Positions 52,419-63,500 of a stretch of 64,000 nt of DNA are shown here, piece after piece (position 1 is the first letter of the stretch; every line of letters begins with the position of its first letter). The position numbers and the translations under genes were made by a program. This stretch comes from Gammaproteobacteria bacterium (lineage in GTDB: Bacteria; Pseudomonadota; Gammaproteobacteria; SZUA-229): positions 32,008-96,007 of the forward strand of contig JAPHSS010000005.1 of the NCBI GenBank assembly GCA_026195255.1. The letters run 5' to 3'. Below the pieces are notes generated by a model. It worked only from the letters and a program-made list of their open reading frames with translations, was not told where the DNA came from and searched no databases.

Positions 52419-52664
52419 TTGAAAACCAAGACTGTAACCGACCACCTGGAAAAATTACCGCGCATTCTTAAGCAGAAATTAGACCAGAACCTGTGTGTCT
52501 GTAATGAAGTACCCAAAATAGATATAATTAATGCCATCGTAAATGGTGCCACTACTGTAGCGGAGATAAAAAAGCAAACATACGCCACCATGGGAAGTGC
52601 TTGCTGTACTCAACAGGTTGAGCGATTGATTGAGTGCCTTTCCTGGCAAGAGCCGAATGATTAA
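52419..52664 (+). CDS. BFD-like [2Fe-2S]-binding protein
   Basis: CVCNEV...I..AI..GATTV.EIK..T.A..GSACC; TTG start. Confidence 0.7.
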   Translation: MKTKTVTDHLEKLPRILKQKLDQNLCVCNEVPKIDIINAIVNGATTVAEIKKQTYATMGSACCTQQVERLIECLSWQEPND

Positions 52665-52714
52665 CAACTTACCTTGTCGTTTAGATATCCCAGGACCAGG
52701 TGATTTTAAATATA

Positions 52715-53731
52715 CTACACCTGTGTTAACAGCACCCTACTACCATACTGTTGCCGATAAGACTCCATCGTCATCTCCATTTGTTTTTTAAATAATCGCC
52801 TAAAACTACTCTCATCTTTATAACCCACTTCATAAACAATTTTTGTTGAAGGTAACAGTGTAAGCTCTAACAAGTTACAGGCGCGGTTTATACGAATAGT
52901 TTGTAAATATTGCACTGGTGAACATTGCAGTGATTTTGAAAAACGTCGATTTAATTGTCGGTCACTTATACTTAACATATTAGAAAGATCATTGATATTT
53001 ATATCTTCATGGCTGTGTTTTTCTATATGCCGTTGTGCACGTAACACGAGTTCATCAGCGTGGTCGGTTGTCTCTACATTAGTTCTAAATGCTTTAGTTG
53101 AGGGTGCGTTTAAATGCATCATTAATAATTTTGCAGTGTCTACAGCAGTGCGGTGTCCGGCAAAACGCTCAACCAGATGCATAACCATGAGCTCACATGA
53201 CATGCTGCCACCTATAACACTAATAATATTGCCATAGTCCGCGACAGCATTATGTGTATCTATTTTTAAACCGGGAAATGAACGCCGATAAAAACTTTCA
53301 CTCTTCCAGTGCATAAGTGCAGGCAGGTTTTCCATAAGCCCCGCTTTAGCTAACAGAAACGAACCACTACAGATGCTGATGAGCAACCCTCCACGATCAT
53401 AATGCTGCTGAATAACAGGAATAACGGGTTCCGCATTAACAAGAAAACGTTCAACCTTTTCATAGTCAGTTAAAGACTCAAAAACGGAAGGAAGTATCCA
53501 TGCATCCGCTCGGCTATCGAGTTTCAGGTAGTCTTCAAGACTGTAATCAGCCTGTATAACCAGACCATTAGTTGGTGTCACCGGCTTTCCGTCGATGGAA
53601 ATCAGGTCCCATTCAAATAAGGGCTTATGATCTGCTTTCACCAGGGTGTAATTGGTGGCTATGAGTGTATCCAGAATGCTATGAATGCCGCTACCAAAAC
53701 AGCGATTCATAAGTAATATCGCGATTCTCAT
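52715..53731 (-). CDS. GlxA-type AraC regulator (DJ-1/PfpI plus HTH)
   Basis: SICSGSFLLAKAGL, HW, S.RQL.RRF and VGY.D.SSFRRLFK. Start is probably MRIAILL (53731). Confidence 0.9.
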   Translation of the reverse strand: MRIAILLMNRCFGSGIHSILDTLIATNYTLVKADHKPLFEWDLISIDGKPVTPTNGLVIQADYSLEDYLKLDSRADAWILPSVFESLTDYEKVERFLVNAEPVIPVIQQHYDRGGLLISICSGSFLLAKAGLMENLPALMHWKSESFYRRSFPGLKIDTHNAVADYGNIISVIGGSMSCELMVMHLVERFAGHRTAVDTAKLLMMHLNAPSTKAFRTNVETTDHADELVLRAQRHIEKHSHEDININDLSNMLSISDRQLNRRFSKSLQCSPVQYLQTIRINRACNLLELTLLPSTKIVYEVGYKDESSFRRLFKKQMEMTMESYRQQYGSRVLLTQV

Positions 53732-53828
53732 AATTATGTCCATTCTCACCAGTATTTTGTCAAATATGACACTTACCTGGTTTCAAATCAACCGCCATAC
53801 TTATTATCCCACTTCAGGAGCCTTTCAG

Positions 53829-54806
53829 ATGGATCATGAAACATTGCCAGTTGATAAAACCAGACAAACTAAAAACAGACTTTTCAATTCATCCGGGCAG
53901 GATAAACGTGTGGTTCCTTTCAGTTATCAAATGCTCGGCCATGCATTAAACATAATTTCATATATACGCAACGAATGGGCAGCAAGTATTATTAGTGACC
54001 TGTGGTTCACCGTGTTTAAGAGCAAAGCTAAACCCTGGACGATAAAATTCTGGCAAACTGCCGACGCTTGCGTAGAGCTGCAACTTAAAGATAAAGCCAT
54101 AACAGTTCATTTATGGGGTGAAGGCCCTCTGGTAGTTATGATGCATGGCTGGAGTGGTTCTGGTTCGCAGTTTCGCAAACACATACCCGGGCTGGTTAAT
54201 GCGGGTTATCAGGTTGCCTCATTCGACGCACCCGCGCATGGCCTTAACCCGGGCAAACAAAGCCATCTGCTTGAATTTTGTGACACGCTGCTTGCCATAG
54301 AACAACAGATAGGACAAGTTGATACGATAATGGCCCATTCATTTGGCGCTATGGCCGCGGTTGTTTCCACAATACTCGGTTTTTCACCTCGACAGATGAT
54401 ATTAATCGGCCCGCATCTGGATGCACATGAAATGCATCAGACCTACAGTGAGCTGTTAAACCTTAACCCCAGATTAACTCAACGATTTAGAGACAAGATT
54501 GAACAGAAGATGACCGACATTATTAACAGCAGTTTACTTAAGCTGGATAAAGATGTGTGGCACTTTTTATCACCCGCCAGCTTATTATCAAAAACAAAGT
54601 GCAAAGGTCTGTTAATCTATGATGTTGATGATGAAGAAATTCCACAAAGCCAGTTTAAAGAAGTAGAAAAATACTGGCAAGATTGCCAGACAATTGAAAC
54701 CAGTGGTTTAGGTCATCATAGAATATTAAAAGACAGAGAAGTAATTGAAAATGTACTGACATTTATGGGTGAAGCTACTTTAAAAACGCAATCAACTGTT
54801 GCTTGA
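53829..54806 (+). CDS. Alpha/beta hydrolase
   Basis: MHGWSG, FDAPAHG, AHSFG, DEEIP and GLGHHRIL; AGGAG RBS before ATG 53829; divergent from the AraC regulator. Confidence 0.88.
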   Translation: MDHETLPVDKTRQTKNRLFNSSGQDKRVVPFSYQMLGHALNIISYIRNEWAASIISDLWFTVFKSKAKPWTIKFWQTADACVELQLKDKAITVHLWGEGPLVVMMHGWSGSGSQFRKHIPGLVNAGYQVASFDAPAHGLNPGKQSHLLEFCDTLLAIEQQIGQVDTIMAHSFGAMAAVVSTILGFSPRQMILIGPHLDAHEMHQTYSELLNLNPRLTQRFRDKIEQKMTDIINSSLLKLDKDVWHFLSPASLLSKTKCKGLLIYDVDDEEIPQSQFKEVEKYWQDCQTIETSGLGHHRILKDREVIENVLTFMGEATLKTQSTVA

Positions 54807-55109
54807 TATACAGATTTCAAAAGCAGGCAACCCGGTGAATCTAAACTCAAGCAGTCATTTTATTTATTGTAGGTGAACAATTCATCAGAAATACCAGTTT
54901 TCAGTATTTTATAAAAAACAGGATGACAGAAAAATTAAGATATTTTTAGAGGCGGCAAACAGTCTCTATATTCGAACTGTATTTTACTGATTATAATAAT
55001 CGCACTTTTATCACTCTATATAATACCCAATATCATGCCATCCATAATTGATAAGGCATTTGAATTTTATAAATTTAAATAAAGTTAATCTATTTAGCTA
55101 CCAGCATCA

Positions 55110-55940
55110 TTACTTCTTTAAGAGTTTTTCTAACATACCTTCTATTTTAATTAAGCGCTGATCCATGTCTCGTGTTCTTTGCTCCATAATATGCACTTCA
55201 CCTGCTTCGCCTTCTCCATTTTCACGGTCATTTTTCTGATGTTCAGCCTGTAAGGTTTCTAATACTATTCCAATCATCATATTTAAAAAGACAAAAGCCA
55301 CAATAAAAATAAACGACAAATAAAATATCCAGCTAAATGGATAAACCTCCATTGTTTCATACATTACATCTGTCCAGTCTTCAAATGTAGCAATACGAAA
55401 TAATGTTAACATTGATATCGAAATATTATCCCAGAGAACCGGATTAATATTTGCAAAAAATATACTGCCCATCGCGGCATAGATATAGAAAAATATAAAC
55501 ATTAACAACGAGACATATCCCATTCGTGGAATTGCCGTGACAAATGCGGCCAGCAATACACGCAATTCAGGAATTATAGAAATAAGCCTCAATACACGAA
55601 ATATTCGTAACAGACGACCCAACATCGCCGTTTCTCCATGTTCAATAGGCAGAATACTGGCCACTACAATTATAAAATCAAATATATTCCATCCTTTACT
55701 AAAAAACCTGAATAGATTTTTTTCAGCAAACATACGTATGATAATTTCAAAAAGAAATATTCCAGTAACCGCAATATCTAAAACCTTTAACACATTAAAT
55801 GCTGCAGGTGAAATAGCGTAGGTTTTTGCACCAATCACTAAGGCAGAAACAAGAATAACCACAATCACGAATGTTTCGAATATTTTATTCTCGCGTAAAT
55901 GAACTAATCGATCTTGAAGGGCTTGAAAATCTAAAGACAT
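55110..55940 (-). CDS. Bacterial voltage-gated cation channel (BacNav/Ion_trans)
   Basis: 6 TM segments, WNIFDF, S4 RLLRIFRVLR, pore filter TFEDWTD and S6 LNMMIGIV. Confidence 0.92.
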   Translation of the reverse strand: MSLDFQALQDRLVHLRENKIFETFVIVVILVSALVIGAKTYAISPAAFNVLKVLDIAVTGIFLFEIIIRMFAEKNLFRFFSKGWNIFDFIIVVASILPIEHGETAMLGRLLRIFRVLRLISIIPELRVLLAAFVTAIPRMGYVSLLMFIFFYIYAAMGSIFFANINPVLWDNISISMLTLFRIATFEDWTDVMYETMEVYPFSWIFYLSFIFIVAFVFLNMMIGIVLETLQAEHQKNDRENGEGEAGEVHIMEQRTRDMDQRLIKIEGMLEKLLKK

Positions 55941-56111
55941 ATAAAACTACTACTTAACAGTAAAAACGCGGGCAGTATAACTGAAATCACAGTTATTAAA
56001 TATACTACCTGGCCTAGGTTTAGTTACATTCTATCGCTTGTGCCTGACATCAGGAAAACCACAAAGCAAAATACATAAATTATAGCGTGGAAAACTTAAA
56101 AAGTAATTTGA

Positions 56112-58313
56112 CTATTTATTCTTACGCGGCGGCAAACCCGTATGTTGGGTAAGCATCTTTTTACCTTTGCCTATATTAGAATGGGTTCGATGTTTATGCC
56201 CCGAGGCAGAGTTTTTTCTACGTGCTGCGGCGTAATCTTTATTAGTTGCTGGCTGATCTTTCGGTATCAACTGCCTGTCTGCATCACCAATTAAATCTGC
56301 ACGCCCCATTCGCTTTAGCGCCTCACGTAATAATGGCCAGTTTGCAGAATCGTGATAACGTAAAAAGGCCTTGTGTAATTTACGCTGTTCCGGGTCTTTA
56401 ACGCTCTCCACCTCTTCACTTTTATAACTAACACTACGTAACGGGTTTTTGCCAGTGTGGTACATTGCTGTTGCCGTCGCCATAGGTGACGGATAAAAAG
56501 CCTGCACCTGATCTGCCTTAAAACCATTACCTTTTAACCACAACGCCAGATTCATCATATCTTCATCGGTGGTACCCGGATGTGCCGCAATAAAATACGG
56601 AATAAGGTACTGATCTTTACCCGCTTGTCTGGAATATTTTTCGAACATCTTTTTAAACTTGTCGTAACTGCCCATGCCGGGTTTCATCATTTTCGACAAT
56701 GGCCCGTCTTCTGAATGTTCCGGTGCAATTTTTAAACAGCCACCCACATGGTGAGTAACCAGCTCTTTTACATATTCAGGGTCGCGTATCGCCAGATCAT
56801 AACGTAAGCCCGATGCAATCAAAACTTTCTTAACACCGGGTAAAGAACGCGCTTCACGATAAATTTGCGTAAGCGCAGAATGATCCGTCACTAAGTTATG
56901 ACAAATACCTGGGTAAACACAACTCGGTTTTCGGCAGGCCGCTTCAATTTCCCGTGTTTTACAGGCAATACGGTACATGTTGGCTGTAGGCCCACCAAGG
57001 TCAGAAATCACACCGGTAAAACCCGGCACCTTGTCTCGAATATCTTTAATTTCCTGCAGAACAGATTCTTTAGAACGGTTTTGAACAATACGACCTTCAT
57101 GCTCAGTAATAGAACAAAACGTACAGCCGCCAAAACAGCCGCGCATAATGTTTATTGAAAAACGAATCATCTCATAAGCTGGAATTTTTTTACCCCTGTA
57201 TTGCGGGTGCGGCACGCGTGCGAATGGCATCGCAAAAACGTAATCCATTTCATCCATGGTGAGTGGAATGGGTGGTGCGTTTAACCACACATCAACAGCT
57301 CCATGTTTCTGCACCAGTGCACGTGCATTACCCGGGTTAGTTTCAAGATGTAGAACACGATTGGCATGCGCATATAAAGCCGCATCATTACTGACTTTTT
57401 CAAATGCAGGCAAACGGATGACACTTTGAGCGCGATCTAGTTTTATTTTTTTGAGCTCAATTTCCTCACCCTGTTCATTGTATTGCGCACCATAAAAAGC
57501 ATTGTCACGGCGCTCACGCTCACAGGCGCTCATCTCCTGTGTATTAATATACGGATTTACAATTTTGTCTATTTTTCCTGGGCGGTCGATGCGCGACGAA
57601 TCAATTTCCATCCAGTCTTTGGGAGTATCATGACGCACAAATACCGTGCCGCGCACATCCGTAATCTGCTCAATTTTTTCACCCTGTGCAAGGCGATGGG
57701 CCACTTCAACAATCGCCCGTTCTGCATTGCCGTATAACAACATATCGGCAGTTGCATCCACCAGAATTGAGCGTCGCACTTTATCCTGCCAGTAATCATA
57801 ATGCGCGATACGACGTAATGATGCCTCAATGCCACCCAGAATCACCGGCACCTCTGTCCAGGCCTCCTTGCAACGTTGCGCATACACCAGTGAAGAACGA
57901 TCAGGCCGTTTACCGCCGATATCGCCGGCTGTATAAGCATCATCGTTACGAATTTTACGATCAGCCGTGTAACGGTTAATCATCGAATCCATATTACCCG
58001 CCGCAACACCAAAAAACAGATTAGGTTTGCCCAGCACTTCAAAAGCGTCTTTAGAGCCCCATTCAGGTTGTGAAATAATACCCACACGAAAGCCCTGTCC
58101 TTCAAGCAGGCGACCAATAATTGCCATGCCAAATGAAGGATGATCGACATAAGCATCACCGGTAACAATAATAATATCGCAGGAATCCCAGCCCAGTGCG
58201 TCCATCTCAGCACGGCTAGTTGGCAGGAACTCGGCCACGCCATAACACTCGGCCCAGTATTGTGGATAATCAAATAAGGCAGTTCTGGCGACGGGTACTG
58301 AAATAGCGGACAT
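56112..58313 (-). CDS. ygiQ: YgiQ-family (UPF0313) radical SAM protein
   Basis: [21 protein letters not shown] (CxxxCxxC), [10 protein letters not shown] and IAPEH. Confidence 0.93.
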   Translation of the reverse strand: MSAISVPVARTALFDYPQYWAECYGVAEFLPTSRAEMDALGWDSCDIIIVTGDAYVDHPSFGMAIIGRLLEGQGFRVGIISQPEWGSKDAFEVLGKPNLFFGVAAGNMDSMINRYTADRKIRNDDAYTAGDIGGKRPDRSSLVYAQRCKEAWTEVPVILGGIEASLRRIAHYDYWQDKVRRSILVDATADMLLYGNAERAIVEVAHRLAQGEKIEQITDVRGTVFVRHDTPKDWMEIDSSRIDRPGKIDKIVNPYINTQEMSACERERRDNAFYGAQYNEQGEEIELKKIKLDRAQSVIRLPAFEKVSNDAALYAHANRVLHLETNPGNARALVQKHGAVDVWLNAPPIPLTMDEMDYVFAMPFARVPHPQYRGKKIPAYEMIRFSINIMRGCFGGCTFCSITEHEGRIVQNRSKESVLQEIKDIRDKVPGFTGVISDLGGPTANMYRIACKTREIEAACRKPSCVYPGICHNLVTDHSALTQIYREARSLPGVKKVLIASGLRYDLAIRDPEYVKELVTHHVGGCLKIAPEHSEDGPLSKMMKPGMGSYDKFKKMFEKYSRQAGKDQYLIPYFIAAHPGTTDEDMMNLALWLKGNGFKADQVQAFYPSPMATATAMYHTGKNPLRSVSYKSEEVESVKDPEQRKLHKAFLRYHDSANWPLLREALKRMGRADLIGDADRQLIPKDQPATNKDYAAARRKNSASGHKHRTHSNIGKGKKMLTQHTGLPPRKNK

Positions 58314-58711
58314 AGGGGGGTACTTATGTTTAAAACGCTATTATACCAAGTAATACACAATACAAGTGGCCTATATGAGCACCGGACATCAATTATTTCT
58401 AATATTCGTCCAGCTTATTCTCTGAGCTGATTTATTGCCTCGATTTTTAAAATTTAAGTATTCTCAGGTTTTTCTTTAAACTTCTTTGAACATGAAAAAC
58501 GACTAACCAGACTTACATTTAACTGGGCAAAATACTTATAAATTAGACCTTAAAGCAAACATCTTTAATAAATAATAATCAGCTAAGTTGGCAGACCAGT
58601 TATTTTCTATTATATTTTTACAAACAGAAAATCGATTAACATTAATTTTTTATAATGTTAATCCGTTAAATTATCAAGTCTGTTAATTTGTTCTTATAGT
58701 TAGCAAGTTCG

Positions 58712-59446
58712 TTATGGGGTAGTTGCCGGCAGCCATGAATTTGTTGTATGACAAAAACCACACTCTTCTGTAGTAATTAAATGATCCTGGGCTTTACCTG
58801 TTGCTATAACATTATTATGGCAACTTGAGCAGGCTCCGCTTACAGTTGAATGATCAAGAGTAACACCAAGCCATGTTAATGTAGTGAGATGACAATCATC
58901 ACACGCACTAAGAGTGGGTATGTGGTGAGCATGTTTGCCCGTGGCAATTACCCCGTTATGACATGACTCACAGGTGCCGATAACAGCAGTGTGATCAACC
59001 CTGGAAACACGATCGAAAGTAATTGTATTATGACAATCTTCACATATTGCTGTGCTCTGAATGTGTGATGCCGATTTACCAATTGCAACAACATTATTGT
59101 GACAGGTTTGACATGCACCCTGAACATCACTGTGGTCATATTTTGCACCCGTCCAGGTATAGTCTGAATGGCAATCATCACAAAAATTACTACTGTTAAC
59201 GTGTTGCGGGTGTTTGCCGGGAGCTCGACTACCATTATGGCATTGCGAGCATACAAGCGGTGTACCTTTAAACTGACTGTTAAAATGACAATCGGAGCAC
59301 TCAACAGTTTCGTGTTTACCTATTAACGGAAAACCTGTTTCAAAGTGATCGAATCCCCTTTTTGCGTCAGCAGCTTGAACCAGAAAACTTAGAGAGAAAC
59401 CAAGCAGTAGTAATATTGGCGTGAGGCTCAAGCGAATAGCTTTCAT
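58712..59446 (-). CDS. Secreted nonaheme c-type cytochrome
   Basis: Sec signal (..VQA-A), 9 CxxCH motifs, and an FDH..TGFPL.GKH N-terminal unit followed by DH-x-CxxCH-NG/NN..A.GK..H repeats. Confidence 0.93.
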   Translation of the reverse strand: MKAIRLSLTPILLLLGFSLSFLVQAADAKRGFDHFETGFPLIGKHETVECSDCHFNSQFKGTPLVCSQCHNGSRAPGKHPQHVNSSNFCDDCHSDYTWTGAKYDHSDVQGACQTCHNNVVAIGKSASHIQSTAICEDCHNTITFDRVSRVDHTAVIGTCESCHNGVIATGKHAHHIPTLSACDDCHLTTLTWLGVTLDHSTVSGACSSCHNNVIATGKAQDHLITTEECGFCHTTNSWLPATTP

Positions 59447-59625
59447 AAATATATGCTCAATTTCTTATTATGCAGATTAGTTAGTTTAGCGTTTAATACT
59501 TAAAGCTTTCAAACTTTTGTACTATAACTGTCGTCGTAATGTCGATCCCATCACGTACTAACTGTAACTGTTGATAGTACGTTTGAGACAGCCGTCAGTT
59601 TTTCACAGCAGAAGCTTCATTCAAT

Positions 59626-60150
59626 TTAATTTTTTTGAGACGTCAGATTTATATCAAACACCTTGCCTATTACATCTATAGCTATCGGGCTATCCCAATT
59701 GTATGATCCGCGAACTTTTTCCAGCACACGACCATTAGCGTCGACAAAAACTGTCAGCGGAATAGTATTGGCACCCAGCATGTTTTCCAGAAACAGTTTG
59801 CTGTCGATAAAATTTTCAAAGGTAATTTTACTCTGTTTAATAAAAGCCATCGCCTTAACACGATAGTCGTCCGTGGAAATACCAATCAGGTTGAACTCTT
59901 TACCGTTATATCGTTGTGCAAGCCGCTGCAGAGAACCGATCTCATCCCGACAGGGGCCACACCAACTGGCCCAGATGTTAATGATCAGTGGTTTGCCTTT
60001 AAAATCAGAAAGCTTTTTTGATTTGCCATTAAGCCCATCCATAATCGCTTCGCGCAGATATTCACCACTCTCGACTTCACCGGGTGTAGCAGCAAACGCA
60101 ACTGTGGATAGCGTTGATATTATAAAAAATGTCAGAATAAATATTCGCAT
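59626..60150 (-). CDS. TlpA/ResA-like exported thiol-disulfide reductase
   Basis: Signal peptide, LSDFKGKPLIINIWASWCGPC.DE and IPLT cis-Pro loop. Start taken at MRIFIL (60150). Confidence 0.9.
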   Translation of the reverse strand: MRIFILTFFIISTLSTVAFAATPGEVESGEYLREAIMDGLNGKSKKLSDFKGKPLIINIWASWCGPCRDEIGSLQRLAQRYNGKEFNLIGISTDDYRVKAMAFIKQSKITFENFIDSKLFLENMLGANTIPLTVFVDANGRVLEKVRGSYNWDSPIAIDVIGKVFDINLTSQKN

Positions 60151-60505
60151 GCAAGTATTACCTGTTTGTAAAAAACATATTTCTTTAACGCCGCAAGGCA
60201 ACTAAAACCTAAACTTGAATCGCTACAGTTCAGTCGATTTTGCCCTGCACGCTAATTAAGGTGCTGCAGAATTTATGGTAAATAGCTGTTCAAATCTCTA
60301 ATTAATATGATTTTTTGTAGAGGAGTCGACAAAAACAGCGCTAAAAGTGGGATAATATTCCCATAACTTCAAGCACAGCGCAATTATTGACCTTATTTAT
60401 TAGGTCATAGGGCGTGTGACTAAACTTAAAAAAATTATATGAAAGACAAACAGAAAGCGTCACATCTACTGTTTCACTTTCAATAGCATATTTGGTACTT
60501 AGATA

Positions 60506-63500
60506 ATGGACGTCAAGAATAGACTAAAAGCACTAACCACCTACTTATTAACGTGTTTGATAACTGTCATTGTCGTCGGTTGTGGCAGCGGATCAGGGGA
60601 TCAACCTAAAGACGAAACAATAAGCCCATCACCTTTTTCTTCAACTTATAATGAGCTAACCGCCGTACCTGGCCCCATGTCTGGCATTAGAGTGGGCGGA
60701 GTGGCGACATTAGATGGCAGCCAGTCATCTACCACATCAACCGAACCGTTGAGTTATAACTGGTCTTTTTCCAATATACCGGATGGCAGTAAAGCCGTAT
60801 TACAGGGCGCCACAACAGCAACCCCCAGTTTTACCGCCGATGTTGCGGGTGTTTATATGGTGCAACTGCTGGTTAGCGCAGAGGGCGTAACCAGCCCACG
60901 CGCCGTAGCGATGGTGGTGGTTACCAATGAAAACGAAAGTTTAATCGGCCCGTTTCCTGGCCATCAGGGCATATCATCTAATTGCGGGAGTTGTCACGAC
61001 GGCTTTACCCGAAATAGTAAAGGCGATTTTCTACCTCAAAAAGTACCAGACCACCCTGCTAGCAGTAATATGTGCCAGTCATGCCATACTCCACAGGGTT
61101 ACAACATCATCCCCTATGTTGATCATCAGGAAGTCTTTGGGAGTTGCAGCGGATGCCATGATGGTGTCAGAGCAATTGGTAAATCTGAATTTCATTCAGC
61201 AACCAATGCCGAATGCAGCGACTGTCATAATACCAGCCATTTTCTGGAATTAGGGCCGGACGGCAGCTTTGATCATTCGAATATAACCAGATCATGCTCT
61301 GGCTGTCACAACAATATAATTGCTATAGGTAAAACACCTGGCCCATCCGACACACCTCCCGGCAGTCACCCGGTAACTAACTCTGAATGTGGCAGCTGTC
61401 ATACTACGAGTAGTTTTCTGAGCGCCTACCCCGACCATACCGCCCCCGCTGTAACAGATTTCACCTGTGATTCCTGTCATATTGCAAACGGCTCAGGCTC
61501 AGCAAGAGGTCAATCCACCGGCCATCCAATATCAAATGCCGATTGTAATAGCTGTCATAACATTCAGAGTTTCAAAATGCCCGGTGGTATATTCAATCAC
61601 GCCTTGCTGGATGTAACAGTCCAGTCGTGTGAGTCTTGCCACAACGATAATACGAGCATTAATGCACCCGCCAAATCGTCTGCGACGCCTGCCCACCCAG
61701 CGACTGACAGCGATTGTGGAGCGTGCCATAGCACAGAGCAATTTAGCCCCGTATTTGCTATCGACCACACTGACCCGGCGGTACTAGCCGCCAGTTGCGA
61801 CTCCTGTCACGGTGTTAGCGCTAGCGGCAAACCGGCTAGCACTGCCGTTTACGCACATATGCCAACCACCGAAGACTGTAAGGTTTGTCATACTCCCGGT
61901 ACCTTTAGAACGGGCACCTTTAGTCACAGCGGCCCGTCTTACGTAGGTAGCTGTAACTCCTGTCACGACAATGTAATTGGTGTGGGTAAGTTACCAAATC
62001 ACATACCAACCAGCCCTGATAATCAGAATTGTGCCGATTGTCATGTCACAACTAGCTTTGCTGATGTCACGTTTGATCACAACTCAACAGATACCAGCAA
62101 CTGCCTGGCCTGTCACGACGGAAATATCAGTCAGGGTCAATCACCAGATCATGTAAACACCGCCGAGAACTGCTCCTCCTGCCACACGACCAGTACTTTT
62201 ACTACATTCGCGGGCACTTTTATTCATAATCCAGCGATAGTCAGCGGCGATTGCGCATCATGCCATAACACCGGTATTGCTCTGCCTAAAAAACTCAATC
62301 ACATTCCAGCACAGGCTGAATGCAGTGAGTGTCACGATGACACCACCGTTACTGGCGGTTTTGCAATATCTACATTTTTTGGAAATGTGCATCCCGGCAT
62401 TACTAATGGATGTGGAGGCTGTCACAGTGGTCAGTTCACTAGCATATCTACCAATCTCTACGGAAAACCCGTTAACCACTTACCAACGACCCAGGATTGT
62501 GACGTTTGTCATACCAGCGCTTCGTTTACAGCTCCTACACAATTTGCCCATGCGGGTATAAGCGGTAACTGTACCTCGTGTCACAATGGAGATTTTGTAA
62601 CAACTGGTGCCAGAGCAAAGTCAGCAACTCACCCAGTGACCACCGCAGACTGTGGAGCCTGCCATTCAATTAACAACAATTTCAACGATGGCACATTTGA
62701 TCATACTGGAATTGTAAGTGATTGCGCATCCTGTCACGGTGAAACCACCACGACGACTCCAGTAGGCCCCAAAAAGAATGTAGGTCACCTCCCAACCACG
62801 CAGGACTGCAGCTCCTGTCACACGGTCGGCACCTTTAATCCTGCAGTGTTTGATCATACGGGAATCATAGATAACTGTGTCTCGTGCCACGGTGATAGCG
62901 CAACAACAGCGGTAACCAAGAAGAATATCGGTCATGTCGCGACTTCGCAGGATTGCTCGGTGTGTCATAACACCAGCACTTTTGCTGGTGCCGCATTTGA
63001 CCATACGGGCATTACTAACAACTGTGCATCCTGCCACGACGGGGCAACTGCCAGAGGTAAAACACCACCGCCAAATCATCTGCCAACTACTCAGGATTGT
63101 TACGTGTGCCACCAGACCACCGGTTTTATACCGGGAACGTTTGATCACACTGGTATCTTAGATAACTGCAGGTCCTGTCATGATGGCGCAGTTGCCGTAG
63201 GTAAAACAGATACTCACGTACAAACAAACCAGGATTGTAGCGTTTGTCATAACACAAGCACCCCGCTTACTTTTATCGGCGGCGTGTTCGACCATACGGG
63301 TATAGTGAACAACTGTGAATCCTGTCATGACGGCGGTACGGCGATTGGTAAAGATGCAAAAACCAACCCAGCGCACATTCCTACCTCGCTGGATTGTAGC
63401 TCCTGTCATACGACGGCAACATTCCAGGGAGGCACATGGGTTCATGATTCCACGACGGCTAATAACTGTAATAGCTGTCACTTTGATGGCAGCGTCGCGA

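Noticed and set aside
56315..58360. Multiple overlapping ORFs within ygiQ
   Set aside because: Alternate-frame ORFs expected in a GC-richer gene; the ygiQ frame is intact.
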